Assembly (NCBI GenBank): GCA_965222115.1
Contig: CBDCTJ010000007.1
Location: 288,001 to 352,000, forward strand
Direction of reading: 5' to 3'
Source of the DNA: Planctomycetota bacterium
Lineage (GTDB): Bacteria > Planctomycetota > PLA2 > JAEUHO01
DNA length: 64,000 nucleotides
Under the pieces are notes generated by a model. It was not told the origin of the DNA. It did not search any database and saw only the letters and a list, made by a program, of their open reading frames with translations. The stretch's first letter is position 1. Each line of letters opens with the position of its first letter. Below are positions 38,655 to 48,992 of the stretch, in pieces. The position numbers were made by a program, and so were the translations under genes.

Positions 38655-40097
38655 ATGGCGCCCATCTTTGCTCACTCAATCTCGCTGCCACCGGTGCACA
38701 CGCCCGCACAAGGTGCTGCAGCGCTAGACGCATTCTCGAACGCAGAGCTAGACGACGCGCTGGCAGGGGCGCGAGAACGGAACGCGACCTTCCTACGCGT
38801 GGTTCAGGGCATCGACACATTGACGCCTGTTCCCTGGCTACGAGAACGCGCACGGGATGTACGTGCGTCCACGCAAGGATTGTTTCATTGGTCCTCTCGC
38901 GATGACGCCGTCCAGATCGCAGGCATCGGCCTCGCCGCGTCAGGAAACCGCATTGACGCATTCGATGGCACAAACGAAGCAGATCGGATGACGCCTCTGG
39001 AAGCCGTTCGACGACTCGTAACGCTGCGCTTTGACCCCTACGCACCGATCGCCGAGGAGTGGTCGTCATTCGGTCTGGCGGCTTGGTACGTGCCTGCCAT
39101 CGAAGTGCTCACGTGTAGTGGCGCCAGCGCGATCGCAGTTCAAGTGGCCCTGCCCACAGACTCCGCGGCGCGCGATATGCGAAATCGACTTCGCTTGGCC
39201 ACAACGTCACTCACGCAGGATGTGCGCGACGACTCGTCCGAGCTACCGCCTTTCGAAGTTGAATCCGAGTCGTGCGGAACTGCATTCTGGACCCGACACA
39301 TCAAAGCCATCTTGGCATCGATCGCAGATGGCATGATCGCGAAAGGCGTGCTTGCCCGACGCTCTTGTTGGCGCGCGACGTCGCCATGCAGCGCAGCCGA
39401 TGTGTTGGCCGTCTTACATCGCGCGCATCCCGACACGTACCGCTTCTTGATTCAGCCCCCATCGGTAACGGGCCAACCATCCGCCTTCTTCGGTGCTTCA
39501 CCCGAGCAACTCTTCGCACGCAGCGGCCAAGACATTGTTACGGAATCGCTTGCAGGCACTCGTGCTCGTGGGGCGGATGATGCAGGCGACTCAAGGCTTG
39601 AGTCGGAGTTGCGATCCAACCGAAAAGAGACGTACGAACATTCGGTGGTCACCGAGCAACTTAAGTCCCAATTGGCAAATTTGTGTGTAGCGCCGCCTAT
39701 CGAAGATGCAGTTCGCGTTCGAAAGCTTCGGCACGTACAACATCTTTGCACGCCGCTGCGTGGCACACTGAGAGCAGGTGCCACCGATCATGATGTGATA
39801 CGCGTGCTTCATCCAACGCCCGCCGTTTGTGGATCGCCTGTCCCCGCCGCGTTCAAACTCATTCGTTCGTTGGAAGGCTTTGATCGGGGACTTTATGCAG
39901 GACCCGTTGGCTGCATCACCGCGGATTCATCGGAATTCGCGGTGGCCATTCGCAGTGGGCGGATGGAAGAGAATCGCATTACGCTCTACGCGGGTGCGGG
40001 AATTGTGGAAGGATCCACGGCCGAACACGAGTGGCAGGAGACCGAGAACAAACTTCGAACCGTAGAAGATCTCTTGCGGGCGGAACCAACGCGATGA
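38655..40097 (+). CDS. menF: Isochorismate synthase
   Basis: KGVLAR, FFGASPE, SLAGT, KE..EH, VQHL, LHPTPAVCG, DRGLYAGPVG, AVAIRS, YAGAGIV; first gene of the men operon. Confidence 0.92.
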   Translation: MAPIFAHSISLPPVHTPAQGAAALDAFSNAELDDALAGARERNATFLRVVQGIDTLTPVPWLRERARDVRASTQGLFHWSSRDDAVQIAGIGLAASGNRIDAFDGTNEADRMTPLEAVRRLVTLRFDPYAPIAEEWSSFGLAAWYVPAIEVLTCSGASAIAVQVALPTDSAARDMRNRLRLATTSLTQDVRDDSSELPPFEVESESCGTAFWTRHIKAILASIADGMIAKGVLARRSCWRATSPCSAADVLAVLHRAHPDTYRFLIQPPSVTGQPSAFFGASPEQLFARSGQDIVTESLAGTRARGADDAGDSRLESELRSNRKETYEHSVVTEQLKSQLANLCVAPPIEDAVRVRKLRHVQHLCTPLRGTLRAGATDHDVIRVLHPTPAVCGSPVPAAFKLIRSLEGFDRGLYAGPVGCITADSSEFAVAIRSGRMEENRITLYAGAGIVEGSTAEHEWQETENKLRTVEDLLRAEPTR

Positions 40098-41845
40098 GCC
40101 CCGACGACGCGCCCAATGTGCAATCCGGGTGGTGCGCGCTGTTGTGGGAAGAACTTGCGCGTCAAGGGCTGAGGCTCGTTGTGTACGGACCCGGCTCGCG
40201 TTCTTCGCCGTTACTCCTTGCGGCGCTCAAGAATGAACGCCTCGCCGTGCGGCCATGGATCGATGAACGTGGCGCCGCATTTCATGCGTTGGGCTACGCC
40301 CGCGCGACGGGTCATGCGGCCGCGGTGGTCACCACGTCGGGCACGGCCGTAGCGAATCTGCTTCCCGCCGCACGTGAAGCGATGACGGAGTTCATACCGC
40401 TTTTGCTGGTCACGGCGGATCGACCTCCGGAGTTGATTGACTGCGGTGCCAACCAGGCGACCGAACAAACGGCCATGCTGCGCGCAAGTGTGAGCGACGT
40501 GCTCGCACTTCCCTGCCCAACCGACTCGATTTCACCGCGTTACGTATTGAGCCAAGCCTCGCACGCGTGGGGCCTTGCCCATGGCATGCGCGGTGGACCG
40601 GTTCAAATCAACTGTCCGCTTCGCAAGCCCTTGCACGACGAATCCGCAACGTGGGATCAACACGGCAATGCCGACATCGAACGCTGGCTCACAGATACAA
40701 CGCAACCATGGCGTACTCACACACATGACCTTCCTGCACCACCCGCAGAATCGCTCTATGCGACGGCGGAGGCGATGCGCAGAATCAAGCGTGGCTTGTT
40801 TTTGGCGGCCGGCCCCGTAGGGACCGACGCGTTCCAGTTGGCCGAAGCACTTGGCTGGCCATTGATTTCTGATGTGCGCAGTGGACTGCGTTTGGGTCAT
40901 GCCAGCACCGTGCATACGCCTTACCTGGATCGCGCGCTGGTGAGTTCACCACATGACGAGGGCTACCATCCAGAGATGGTTGTGCAACTCGGGGGACGCA
41001 TCACCTCGTCACGCTTGCTTGCATTTCTCGATGCATGGCAAGGCCCGCGCATCGTAGTCAATGAACACGGCGAGCGACTGGACCCAAGTCACAGCGCCAC
41101 GGAAATCGTGCACGCCGAACCCTCGCTCTGGTGCGATGCAATGTGCGTGGTGCTGGATGTGACTGAGTTTGAGGCCGCGGCGTTTTCAACGGAGGCGACT
41201 GCCGTCCAGGACAAGGTTCAGGAGGCCCTCGAGAATTACTTCACCGAAAACGATGGGCTTAGCGAACCCGCGGTCATTCGATACATTTCCAAGTCCATTC
41301 ACGGGGATCACGCACTCTTCCTGAGCAACAGCATGCCCATTCGCGATGTGCAGGACTACGCGGTGGTTGGCGGGCCTCGGGTGCAAACGTTCACGCAGCG
41401 GGGGTTGAGCGGCATTGACGGCATTGTTTCAACGGCGGCGGGGTGTGCCGCGGGCTGTGGAAAACCAACGACGTTGATCCTTGGCGACCTCACACTCCTT
41501 CACGATCTGAATGCCCTGGCGATGCTGCGCCATGTCACGGAGCCACTCACGATTGTGGTACTCAATAATTTTGGCGGGAGCATCTTTTCGTTCCTGCCGA
41601 TTCATGCATCACCATCCTTCTCTCCACACTTTGATACGCCCCACACACACAACGTGGCCGATATCGCAACCAGCCTCGGGCTACCGGCAACGCGCGCAAG
41701 AACGATGGCCGAGTTCCAAGAGCAGTACAGCAACGCGCTCACGTCAACGCAGCACAATCTTATCGAAGTCGTAAGTAGCCAAGAAAGCAATCTTCGTGTT
41801 CACAGGGAAATCGAAGCGTACATCGCCGAGGCGCTGCGTGCCTAA
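40094..41845 (+). CDS. menD: SEPHCHC synthase
   Basis: PGSRSSPL, DERGAAF.ALG, TTSGTAVANL, TADRPPEL, NSMPIRD, RGLSGIDG, GDLTLLHD, NNFGGSIF; ATGA overlap with menF. Confidence 0.96.
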   Translation: MSPDDAPNVQSGWCALLWEELARQGLRLVVYGPGSRSSPLLLAALKNERLAVRPWIDERGAAFHALGYARATGHAAAVVTTSGTAVANLLPAAREAMTEFIPLLLVTADRPPELIDCGANQATEQTAMLRASVSDVLALPCPTDSISPRYVLSQASHAWGLAHGMRGGPVQINCPLRKPLHDESATWDQHGNADIERWLTDTTQPWRTHTHDLPAPPAESLYATAEAMRRIKRGLFLAAGPVGTDAFQLAEALGWPLISDVRSGLRLGHASTVHTPYLDRALVSSPHDEGYHPEMVVQLGGRITSSRLLAFLDAWQGPRIVVNEHGERLDPSHSATEIVHAEPSLWCDAMCVVLDVTEFEAAAFSTEATAVQDKVQEALENYFTENDGLSEPAVIRYISKSIHGDHALFLSNSMPIRDVQDYAVVGGPRVQTFTQRGLSGIDGIVSTAAGCAAGCGKPTTLILGDLTLLHDLNALAMLRHVTEPLTIVVLNNFGGSIFSFLPIHASPSFSPHFDTPHTHNVADIATSLGLPATRARTMAEFQEQYSNALTSTQHNLIEVVSSQESNLRVHREIEAYIAEALRA

Positions 41846-42620
41846 TCTCCCTCCGCTGGTCACCCTGCACGGCTTTCTCGGAGATCCACACGACTTTGAC
41901 GAGGTGCTTACGCTGCTTCGCCAACGCACGTTGATCCCCGTCGAGCTGCCGGGCCACGGCGCGCATCCATGGTCCAACTATGTGCAGTCACTTGACGGCT
42001 GCTTAGACAACATTCGCTCCTCCATTGCACGTCAATGGGGCTCAAATCAACCGATGGATGTGTTGGCCTACAGCATGGGTGGACGCATGGCCCTCGAACT
42101 CTTGGCGAGGCGTGCATTGCCCTTTCGACGCGCGGTGTTGATTGGTGCGGGAACCGGATTCACGGATTCCAAGGCGAAGACCGACCGTTTGCGAATCGAC
42201 GAGGCACGCGCTGCGTCTCTTCGAACGGAGGGGCTCGACGCGTTTCTCAAGCGTTGGTACGCCCAACCGCTATTCGGGCAACTGCGCGAGACCGCGCAGT
42301 TCGCCGAGATGATGAGACGCCGCAGGAGCGGACACGCAAGCGCGCTGGCAGGCGCACTGATCGCCATGAGTCCCGCGCATCATGAGGATCTCGCGGGCCG
42401 ACTTTCGACGTGCGAAACCGACGTGTTGCTCGTTGCCGGGCGCGACGACTCGCGCTACATCGAAGCAAACGCCGCGCTTGCGAAACGCTGGCCCCGTGCG
42501 CGCACCGCGCTCGTCGATGACTGCGCGCACGCTCCGCATGTGGAGGCCCCGGTTGACACGGCTGAAATTGCGGAGGCGTTCTTGTCGGACGCAATACCTG
42601 AAGCGGGCGAGCAGAAGTAG
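41838..42620 (+). CDS. menH: SHCHC synthase (alpha/beta hydrolase)
   Basis: LHGFLG, ELPGHG, YSMGGR nucleophile elbow, WYAQPLF, H..HVE; position between menD and menB. Confidence 0.9.
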   Translation: MPNLPPLVTLHGFLGDPHDFDEVLTLLRQRTLIPVELPGHGAHPWSNYVQSLDGCLDNIRSSIARQWGSNQPMDVLAYSMGGRMALELLARRALPFRRAVLIGAGTGFTDSKAKTDRLRIDEARAASLRTEGLDAFLKRWYAQPLFGQLRETAQFAEMMRRRRSGHASALAGALIAMSPAHHEDLAGRLSTCETDVLLVAGRDDSRYIEANAALAKRWPRARTALVDDCAHAPHVEAPVDTAEIAEAFLSDAIPEAGEQK

Positions 42621-42681
42621 CCCCGCGACCGTTCGACGGGAGGATACGCGCGACCGCCGCATGGGCGTGTAGGAGCAGTCT

Positions 42682-43503
42682 ATGTCCGAGTTTTCGTGGA
42701 CGTCCGCCGAGACCTTTACCGACATTCGCTACGAGACGATGGATGGCATTGCCAAGATCACCATCAATCGACCCGAAGTTCGCAATAGCTTTCGCCCGCT
42801 GACGGTGACCGAGATGCGCAAAGCGCTCGACATCGCGCGCGATGATCCATCCATTGGCGTAATCATCTTTACCGGTGAAGGCAAAGACGCGTTCTGTGCC
42901 GGCGGCGACCAACGCATTCGCGGAGACGCGGGCTACAAAGATCACGATGGTACGCATCGACTGAACGTGCTCGACTTGCAACGAGAGATTAGGCGCTGCC
43001 CCAAGCCCGTGATCGCTATGGTGGCGGGCTATGCAATTGGCGGCGGCCACGTACTGCATGTGGTTTGCGATCTCACGATTGCGGCCGACAACGCGCGTTT
43101 CGGTCAAACCGGACCCAAAGTGGGGAGCTTTGACGGCGGCTACGGGTCGAGTTTTCTCGCGCGCATGGTGGGCCAAAAGAAGGCGCGCGAAATCTGGTTT
43201 CTTTGCCGACAGTATTCTGCGCAAGAAGCGCTCGAGATGGGCATGGTCAATACGGTCGTACCCTACGACCAGTTGGAGGCTGAAACGGTCAAGTGGTGCA
43301 AGGAGATTCTCCAGCACTCACCCCTTGCGATTCGCTGCCTAAAGTCGGCCATGAATGCAGACTGCGACGGCCAGGCGGGTCTTCAAGAGTTGGCCGGCAA
43401 TGCCACGCTCTTGTTTTACATGACCGAAGAAGGCCAAGAAGGACGCGACGCCTTCCTGCAAAAGCGCAAACCTGCGTTCAATAAGTTCCCCAAACGCCCA
43501 TGA
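42682..43503 (+). CDS. menB: 1,4-dihydroxy-2-naphthoyl-CoA synthase
   Basis: [52 protein letters not shown]. Confidence 0.97.
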   Translation: MSEFSWTSAETFTDIRYETMDGIAKITINRPEVRNSFRPLTVTEMRKALDIARDDPSIGVIIFTGEGKDAFCAGGDQRIRGDAGYKDHDGTHRLNVLDLQREIRRCPKPVIAMVAGYAIGGGHVLHVVCDLTIAADNARFGQTGPKVGSFDGGYGSSFLARMVGQKKAREIWFLCRQYSAQEALEMGMVNTVVPYDQLEAETVKWCKEILQHSPLAIRCLKSAMNADCDGQAGLQELAGNATLLFYMTEEGQEGRDAFLQKRKPAFNKFPKRP

Positions 43504-43523
43504 ACCGCGGCAGAAACTAACTT

Positions 43524-44408
43524 GTGCGAATCAAACCGGCCATTTGGATCGGCGCGGTGCGCCCCAAGACGCTACCCGCAGCCATCGCGCCGGTCTTGAT
43601 GGGTATGGCATTAGCTGCCCGCGACTCCGTGTTTCACCTCGGTGCCGCGTTGGCCGCTCTTGCGGGCGCCATTTGCATCCAGGTCGGAACCAACTTCGCA
43701 AACGACTACTTTGATCACAAGAAGGGCGCCGACACGGAAGCGCGCATCGGCCCCGCGCGAGCAACCGCCATGGGATGGGTCACACCCGACGCCATGAAAC
43801 GCGCAACCATCTTTGCGCTTTCGCTCGCGTTGTTGGCTGGTGTGTATCTGGTATGGCTGCGCGGATGGCCCATCGCGGGATTGGGACTCGTTTCGATCGC
43901 GTTGGCCGTGCTTTATACCGGTGGTCCCAAGCCGCTTGCGTATGTGGGTCTAGGCGACATCTTTGTGTTGTTGTTCTTTGGCCCAATCGCGGTGGCCGGT
44001 ACGTACTACGCACAGTCGGGCATCCTCGATCCCGCTTCGCTCGTCGCGGGCATTGCCCCCGGTTGCATTTCCACTGCACTGCTCACCGTCAACAACCTGC
44101 GTGACGCCGAGCAGGATCGAGCCAACGGAAAAATGACCCTTGCCGCGCGCTTTGGGCGCGACTTCGCTAAACGTGAATACGCACTTCTGATTATTGTCGC
44201 CGCCATGGTTCCCATCGCGATGATCGCCGCCTTCCATCACTCACGCTGGATGATGCTTGCGAGCCTGCCGAGTTTTCTTGCGTTGCCACTCGTTTTTCGG
44301 GTCGCGGCAGCAGCGCCCGGCGACGCGCTCGCAAGAGAACTCGCGAGCACAGGCAAGTTACTTGTGTTGTTCGCTCTAGTCTTTGGTGGCGTGTGTCTAT
44401 GGGCATAG
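43524..44408 (+). CDS. menA: 1,4-dihydroxy-2-naphthoate polyprenyltransferase
   Basis: RPKTL, NFANDYFD.KKGAD, YTGGP.PLAY.GLGD, VNNLRD...D...GK.TLA. Confidence 0.95.
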   Translation: MRIKPAIWIGAVRPKTLPAAIAPVLMGMALAARDSVFHLGAALAALAGAICIQVGTNFANDYFDHKKGADTEARIGPARATAMGWVTPDAMKRATIFALSLALLAGVYLVWLRGWPIAGLGLVSIALAVLYTGGPKPLAYVGLGDIFVLLFFGPIAVAGTYYAQSGILDPASLVAGIAPGCISTALLTVNNLRDAEQDRANGKMTLAARFGRDFAKREYALLIIVAAMVPIAMIAAFHHSRWMMLASLPSFLALPLVFRVAAAAPGDALARELASTGKLLVLFALVFGGVCLWA

Positions 44409-46993
44409 AAAACGTTCTCAACAACAAGTTTCGCCCGTTGGAAGATTGGGTAACGTACGGCGCAGTTGTGGAGTTCCCCCTAGCGCGCCCTCTTGTGCTG
44501 GGCGAACGATTGGTGCATCACCATCGGATCGGCATATGCATGGTTGAACACGGCCATCGCATTGGTGGGGCCGATGTTGTGGGCAACCTCGGTATTGGCT
44601 TTGGCGAACACGCTGCCGACGATCCCGACGTTCGTGCGGCCGACGAGGTCCGAGAGTATCCTCCAGGGCCCATGTCGGTCTTTGCTCAGGCGAGCGACCA
44701 CACCTGGGACCGCTTCGTGCCACTTGTGGACAAAGAACAAAGCGACCTGACGCACTCGGAACGCTGTATGTGGGAGATGATGTTCCTGCACCTCGTTGCC
44801 GACGAAGCGGGTGTGGCCCCAGCGCACCTGCTCACCGACACGCCTCGCGAATCGGTGCCGATCAATAGTCTCTTTGAAGGCGACGTGAACGACCTACAGA
44901 GAGCGCTCGATGCGGGCGAGTTCACCAACGATCCATGCATCAAGATCAAGATTGGCCGCAGAAGCGTGACCGACGATCGCGCGGTACTCGATCTCTTACA
45001 CAACGAGCTTGCGAACAACGTCATGCTGCGACTTGACGGCAATCGCATGCTCACGAGCAAAGAAATAGCAGAGTTACTGAAAGGGTTTCCGCGTGAGCGC
45101 ATTGAGTACTTGGAAGAGCCACTTAAGGATCCGCATGCATTGCCCGCTCTGGCAAGCCAGCTTAACGTAGCGATCGCCCTGGATGAATCCCTACACGATG
45201 CGACTCTCAAGGCGCTTCAAACCGCCGAAGGCATAACGACGTGGATACTAAAACCCGCAAGACTGGGCGGGTTCTCGGCACTCAAGAAGTGGGACACGCG
45301 CGCGGCCGCGGAGGGACGCCACGTTGTCGTGAGTTCGTGTTTCGAGTCACCGCTTGGCCTTTCCATGCAGGCTCAGTGGGCGGCGGCGCTTGATACGCAC
45401 GTCGGCGCCGCGGGACTGGCAACGGATCGCTGGTTTCTGCGCGACGCATTGCCCAAGGTCTACGACTCACGAGCCGGGCATATCGTTACGGATAACTGGC
45501 AGTCAACGCCCAACGTAGAGTGGTTAGAACGCGTCGAACTCGTCCCGTGGCGCTGCAAGTCTCCCGCCCGGCGAAAACGTGATGGCCTCGTGGATCGCTT
45601 TCTGTTCAGCGACGATACGCGTTATCGAACCACACGGCGACGGCGGCGTGTCAATGCGTACCTACGCACGGTGAAGCGATCCCAGCATCGGTCGCCATTA
45701 ATGAACATACACGCTGGCGACATCGTCGCGATTCAACTCGACGATCCAGCACGCATGCTCGCGGCCATGTTGTCGGTCATATATGCCGGGGGACTTGCGC
45801 TTCCTCTACCGGACCGCAATCCGTCGGTTTTGACGCGCGACTACCTCGATCGCGGCGGTGTCTCGTGGCTACTCGACGCAAACGGCCTTTGCAAACGAGA
45901 GCTCCCGAAGACGCTGCGACCCACGCTTCCAGATTTGGCCGCGTTCGTAGTGGCTACATCGGGGAGTAGCGGCATGCCCAAGTTCGTCGTCCACGGGCTG
46001 CCAGGCCTCCGAGATGCGGCATGGTGGCCCTCGCAGTTGGCAGCAGATCCGCCCCGTCATGAACAACCGCGCTGGCTGCTATCGCTTCCGCTACACCACA
46101 TGGGCGGACTCATGATCGCCTTACGCGCACTCTTTGGCATGGGCCAAATCGATATCAAACCACGCGAGATGCCTTTGCTCGACGCACTTGAGCACTTTGA
46201 GCCGTCGTGGATTTCGCTGGTCCCAACGCAGTTGCGCCGACTGATGAGTGCGCCAGGCGGAAGTGACGCACTCGCGAAGTGCGATGGCGTATTGCTAGGG
46301 GGTGGCCCGTCGTCGCTCGCCTTACGACGTGAGGCATTGGCACGTGACATTCCATTGATGGTGAGTTACGGCGCGACGGAGACGGCCGCCATGGTTGCGT
46401 CGAGCCGCAATCCCAAGCATGTGTTGCATCCCACATGCGCAGGCACGCCGAATCTCAGTCGCTGGTTTCGATGTGCCCGTGATGGCGAGATTCTCGTTGG
46501 TGGAGATGGCCTCGCGTTGGGCGTAGTTGAAGACGGTCACATGAAAGATTTCTTTCAACCACCTCGCTCGTTCGAAGAGCGCACGCTGGGCTCGGGGATG
46601 TACGCAACAGGCGACGTCGGACGCGTGGAAGATGACGTGCTCTACGTCGAGGGACGCAAAGACCGCATGTTCATCAGCGGCGGCGAGAACATTCACCCGG
46701 AAACGATCGAACGCGCGCTCATGGAACACCCCCACGTGCTTTCTTGTGTTGTCGTTGACATGCCGCATGAGGAGTTTGGTGCGCGGCCCGTGGCATTTGT
46801 TGATTCAACGAATTCCGAACTCAACGCGGCCACACTTGAAGCATTCTTGCGCGACTCCCTGCCCGGCTTTCTCGTGCCGGATGCGTTCTACGCGACATCC
46901 GACGCCATGCGGAGTGCCATCAAGCTCTCGCCCACAAAGGCGAAGGCACACCTGCATAATGAGAAAACGCGTCGAGCGCTTCGCCCCCTATGA
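44399..46993 (+). CDS. menC-menE: Fused o-succinylbenzoate synthase / OSB-CoA ligase (MenC-MenE)
   Basis: N-half: KIKIG, RLDGN, YLEEP, ALDES, LKP..LGG (enolase superfamily). C-half: TSGSSGMPK, SYGATETA, TGDVG, GRKDRMFISGGENIHP (adenylate-forming). No internal stop. Confidence 0.9.
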   Translation: MGIENVLNNKFRPLEDWVTYGAVVEFPLARPLVLGERLVHHHRIGICMVEHGHRIGGADVVGNLGIGFGEHAADDPDVRAADEVREYPPGPMSVFAQASDHTWDRFVPLVDKEQSDLTHSERCMWEMMFLHLVADEAGVAPAHLLTDTPRESVPINSLFEGDVNDLQRALDAGEFTNDPCIKIKIGRRSVTDDRAVLDLLHNELANNVMLRLDGNRMLTSKEIAELLKGFPRERIEYLEEPLKDPHALPALASQLNVAIALDESLHDATLKALQTAEGITTWILKPARLGGFSALKKWDTRAAAEGRHVVVSSCFESPLGLSMQAQWAAALDTHVGAAGLATDRWFLRDALPKVYDSRAGHIVTDNWQSTPNVEWLERVELVPWRCKSPARRKRDGLVDRFLFSDDTRYRTTRRRRRVNAYLRTVKRSQHRSPLMNIHAGDIVAIQLDDPARMLAAMLSVIYAGGLALPLPDRNPSVLTRDYLDRGGVSWLLDANGLCKRELPKTLRPTLPDLAAFVVATSGSSGMPKFVVHGLPGLRDAAWWPSQLAADPPRHEQPRWLLSLPLHHMGGLMIALRALFGMGQIDIKPREMPLLDALEHFEPSWISLVPTQLRRLMSAPGGSDALAKCDGVLLGGGPSSLALRREALARDIPLMVSYGATETAAMVASSRNPKHVLHPTCAGTPNLSRWFRCARDGEILVGGDGLALGVVEDGHMKDFFQPPRSFEERTLGSGMYATGDVGRVEDDVLYVEGRKDRMFISGGENIHPETIERALMEHPHVLSCVVVDMPHEEFGARPVAFVDSTNSELNAATLEAFLRDSLPGFLVPDAFYATSDAMRSAIKLSPTKAKAHLHNEKTRRALRPL

Positions 46994-47428
46994 CGCGTCA
47001 CCTTCCAGATGCTTGCCAAGTGCCTTGGAAAGCGTCTCTGGAAGCCGCACGGCCGACTTGCTGGGGACATCCGCGCTGGCGTGTACGGTTGTAATGCTTG
47101 CCACGGGTACTTCGCGCGCCTCCGGATTGTGTTGACTGCGTACCCGACGAATCAGGTAGGCCAATGTGAATGAGCCCGCACTGACGCGCGCCACCGACAC
47201 GTCCACTTCCACGTCGTCGCCCATTCGAAGGGGCTGTCGATAGTCGGCTTCCACATGCACGAGCGGGAACGCGATGGTTGACGTGTGGAGCTCCGGCTTG
47301 AGCGCGTGTCCGATCGAGGCCATGAACTCTTCGAAGGCCACGTGGGCCAGATCGAAATAGCGTGCAAAAAACATCACCCCAGCAGCATCGGTTTGACCGA
47401 GACGAATGGTGGATTCACAGGTGTACAC
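46988..47428 (-). CDS. Hot-dog fold acyl-CoA thioesterase, probable DHNA-CoA hydrolase
   Basis: TDAAGVMFF...AFEEF, PLVHVEADY..PL..GD (4HBT family); convergent with the men operon; GGAG upstream. Confidence 0.8.
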   Translation of the reverse strand: MYTCESTIRLGQTDAAGVMFFARYFDLAHVAFEEFMASIGHALKPELHTSTIAFPLVHVEADYRQPLRMGDDVEVDVSVARVSAGSFTLAYLIRRVRSQHNPEAREVPVASITTVHASADVPSKSAVRLPETLSKALGKHLEGDAS

Positions 47429-47468
47429 GCGCTTCTCCTCGAAGTGGATACCGGGATACTATCGCGCC

Positions 47469-48935
47469 ATGACCTCGCTCATCGTTCCCCTTCCTGCCCG
47501 CGGCAAATCGTCAACGCCGCCTCTCATTGTCACTCGCCCCTTTGATGGCAAGGATATCGCCGACGTGGAGACCGTCAGCGTGGCGCGCATGAACGACGTC
47601 TTCGACGCGGCACAGGCCCGCTATCGAGACCGAGCATCTTGGCTGCCCGCCCACGAACGTGCGCGCATCCTGCGTGACGTGTCCCGCATACTTGCGAATA
47701 GCGATGGCACGCTCGCGCGTCTTGGAGAACGCCTGGCCAATGAAGCCACGGATGAAGGCAGCAAACCGATTGCCGACTCGCGCGCCGAGGTGTTGCGGGC
47801 TGCGGAGACGCTGCAAGGCTGTGCGGATGTCCTACGCACGTGGGGCGGTCGCGAGATTCCCATGGATCTCAATGAGACGGGCGAAGGACATCTTGCGTTT
47901 ACACGACGAGAACCCATCGGTGTGGTACTCGCGTTTAGCGCATTCAATCACCCGGTCAATCTTGTCGCGCATCAAGTCGGTGCGGCGATCGCTGCCGGTT
48001 GTCCCATCGTTTTGAAACCCGCCGAGGCCACGCCGCTATCCGCGCTTATGCTGACGAAGCGGATTCATGAAGCGGGGTTGCCTCGTGATTTGTTGCAAGT
48101 GGTGTGCGTCTCCGACTTGAGCGTTGCCGAAGCCATGGTGCGCGATCCGCGCGTTGACTACTTTTCATTCATTGGCAGCGCCGATGTGGGGTGGCGACTG
48201 CGTTCGTTGGTCGCGCCCGGCACGCGTTGCGCATTCGAACACGGCGGCGCGGCGCCTGTCATCGTTTGTGAGGATGCCGATCTTTCGCCGGCACTCGACG
48301 GATTGGCGAAGGCTGCCTTCTATCACGCGGGTCAAGTATGCGTGTCGGTTCAGAACATCTTTTGTCACGCCTCGCGCATAAAGGAACTCGTGCAGGGTGT
48401 CGTTGCGCGCGCCAACAAGATGAAGTTTGGCAATCCGTTCAAGAACTCAACGCGTGTGGGCCCCATGATTCGTCCGCGCGATCATCAACGCGTGATGACG
48501 TGGATTGACGACGCAGTTCAAGCAGGGGCAACGCGTCGATGTGGAGAACGCGCGGTCCCCGAAACATGCATCGCACCTACCGTGCTCGAATGGCCCGCGC
48601 CGCCAAGCGAGCGACTGTTTAGTGAGCTGTTTGGCCCAGTCGTCAACGTGGTTCCATTTGACGACCTAAACGACGCATTTCGTTGGGCGGACATGGGCCC
48701 GTACGCATTCCAAACGTCTGTCTTTACGGCATCCACAAACACCGCGATGCGCGCGGTTCATGAACTTGACGCGGCAACGGTGCTCGTCAATCAACACACA
48801 GCGTTTCGCGTGGACTGGATGCCGTTCGCCGGTCGCAGGCAGTCCGGCCTCGGCACCGGGGGCATGCGCTACGCCATGGAAGAGATGTCTCACGAGAAGC
48901 TCGTGGTGCTCGCCACGCAAAACCATCGTCATTGA
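47469..48935 (+). CDS. Aldehyde dehydrogenase family protein
   Basis: REPIGVV..AFNHP, LKPA..TP, FIGS, EHGG variant, catalytic AGQVC, ELFGPV, PFAGRRQSG. Confidence 0.92.
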   Translation: MTSLIVPLPARGKSSTPPLIVTRPFDGKDIADVETVSVARMNDVFDAAQARYRDRASWLPAHERARILRDVSRILANSDGTLARLGERLANEATDEGSKPIADSRAEVLRAAETLQGCADVLRTWGGREIPMDLNETGEGHLAFTRREPIGVVLAFSAFNHPVNLVAHQVGAAIAAGCPIVLKPAEATPLSALMLTKRIHEAGLPRDLLQVVCVSDLSVAEAMVRDPRVDYFSFIGSADVGWRLRSLVAPGTRCAFEHGGAAPVIVCEDADLSPALDGLAKAAFYHAGQVCVSVQNIFCHASRIKELVQGVVARANKMKFGNPFKNSTRVGPMIRPRDHQRVMTWIDDAVQAGATRRCGERAVPETCIAPTVLEWPAPPSERLFSELFGPVVNVVPFDDLNDAFRWADMGPYAFQTSVFTASTNTAMRAVHELDAATVLVNQHTAFRVDWMPFAGRRQSGLGTGGMRYAMEEMSHEKLVVLATQNHRH

Positions 48936-48966
48936 CCGCATCAATTCGGCCAATTATGAGTGTCAT

Positions 48967-48992
48967 GGAACCCAGTGAATCGGGCGCGCGTC
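48967..48992 (+). promoter_or_regulatory. Putative ECF sigma-factor promoter
   Basis: GGAAC (48967-48971) - 17 nt - CGTC (48989-48992), matching the general ECF -35 AAC / -10 CGT pattern. Confidence 0.55.

Noticed and set aside
38502-38665. Apparent head-to-head overlap of rhomboid and menF, and other long N-terminal extensions in the ORF track
   Set aside because: Family-typical starts and/or RBS positions lie downstream (38536 and 38655; likewise 3792, 10466, 30720, 35753, 50027), which removes the overlaps.
42247-43317. 356-aa minus-strand ORF, and similar long shadows (19703-20635, 52796-53560, 56131-56901, 60771-61589, 48994-49752)
   Set aside because: Antisense to well-supported genes; expected from high-GC codon bias; no recognisable motifs.
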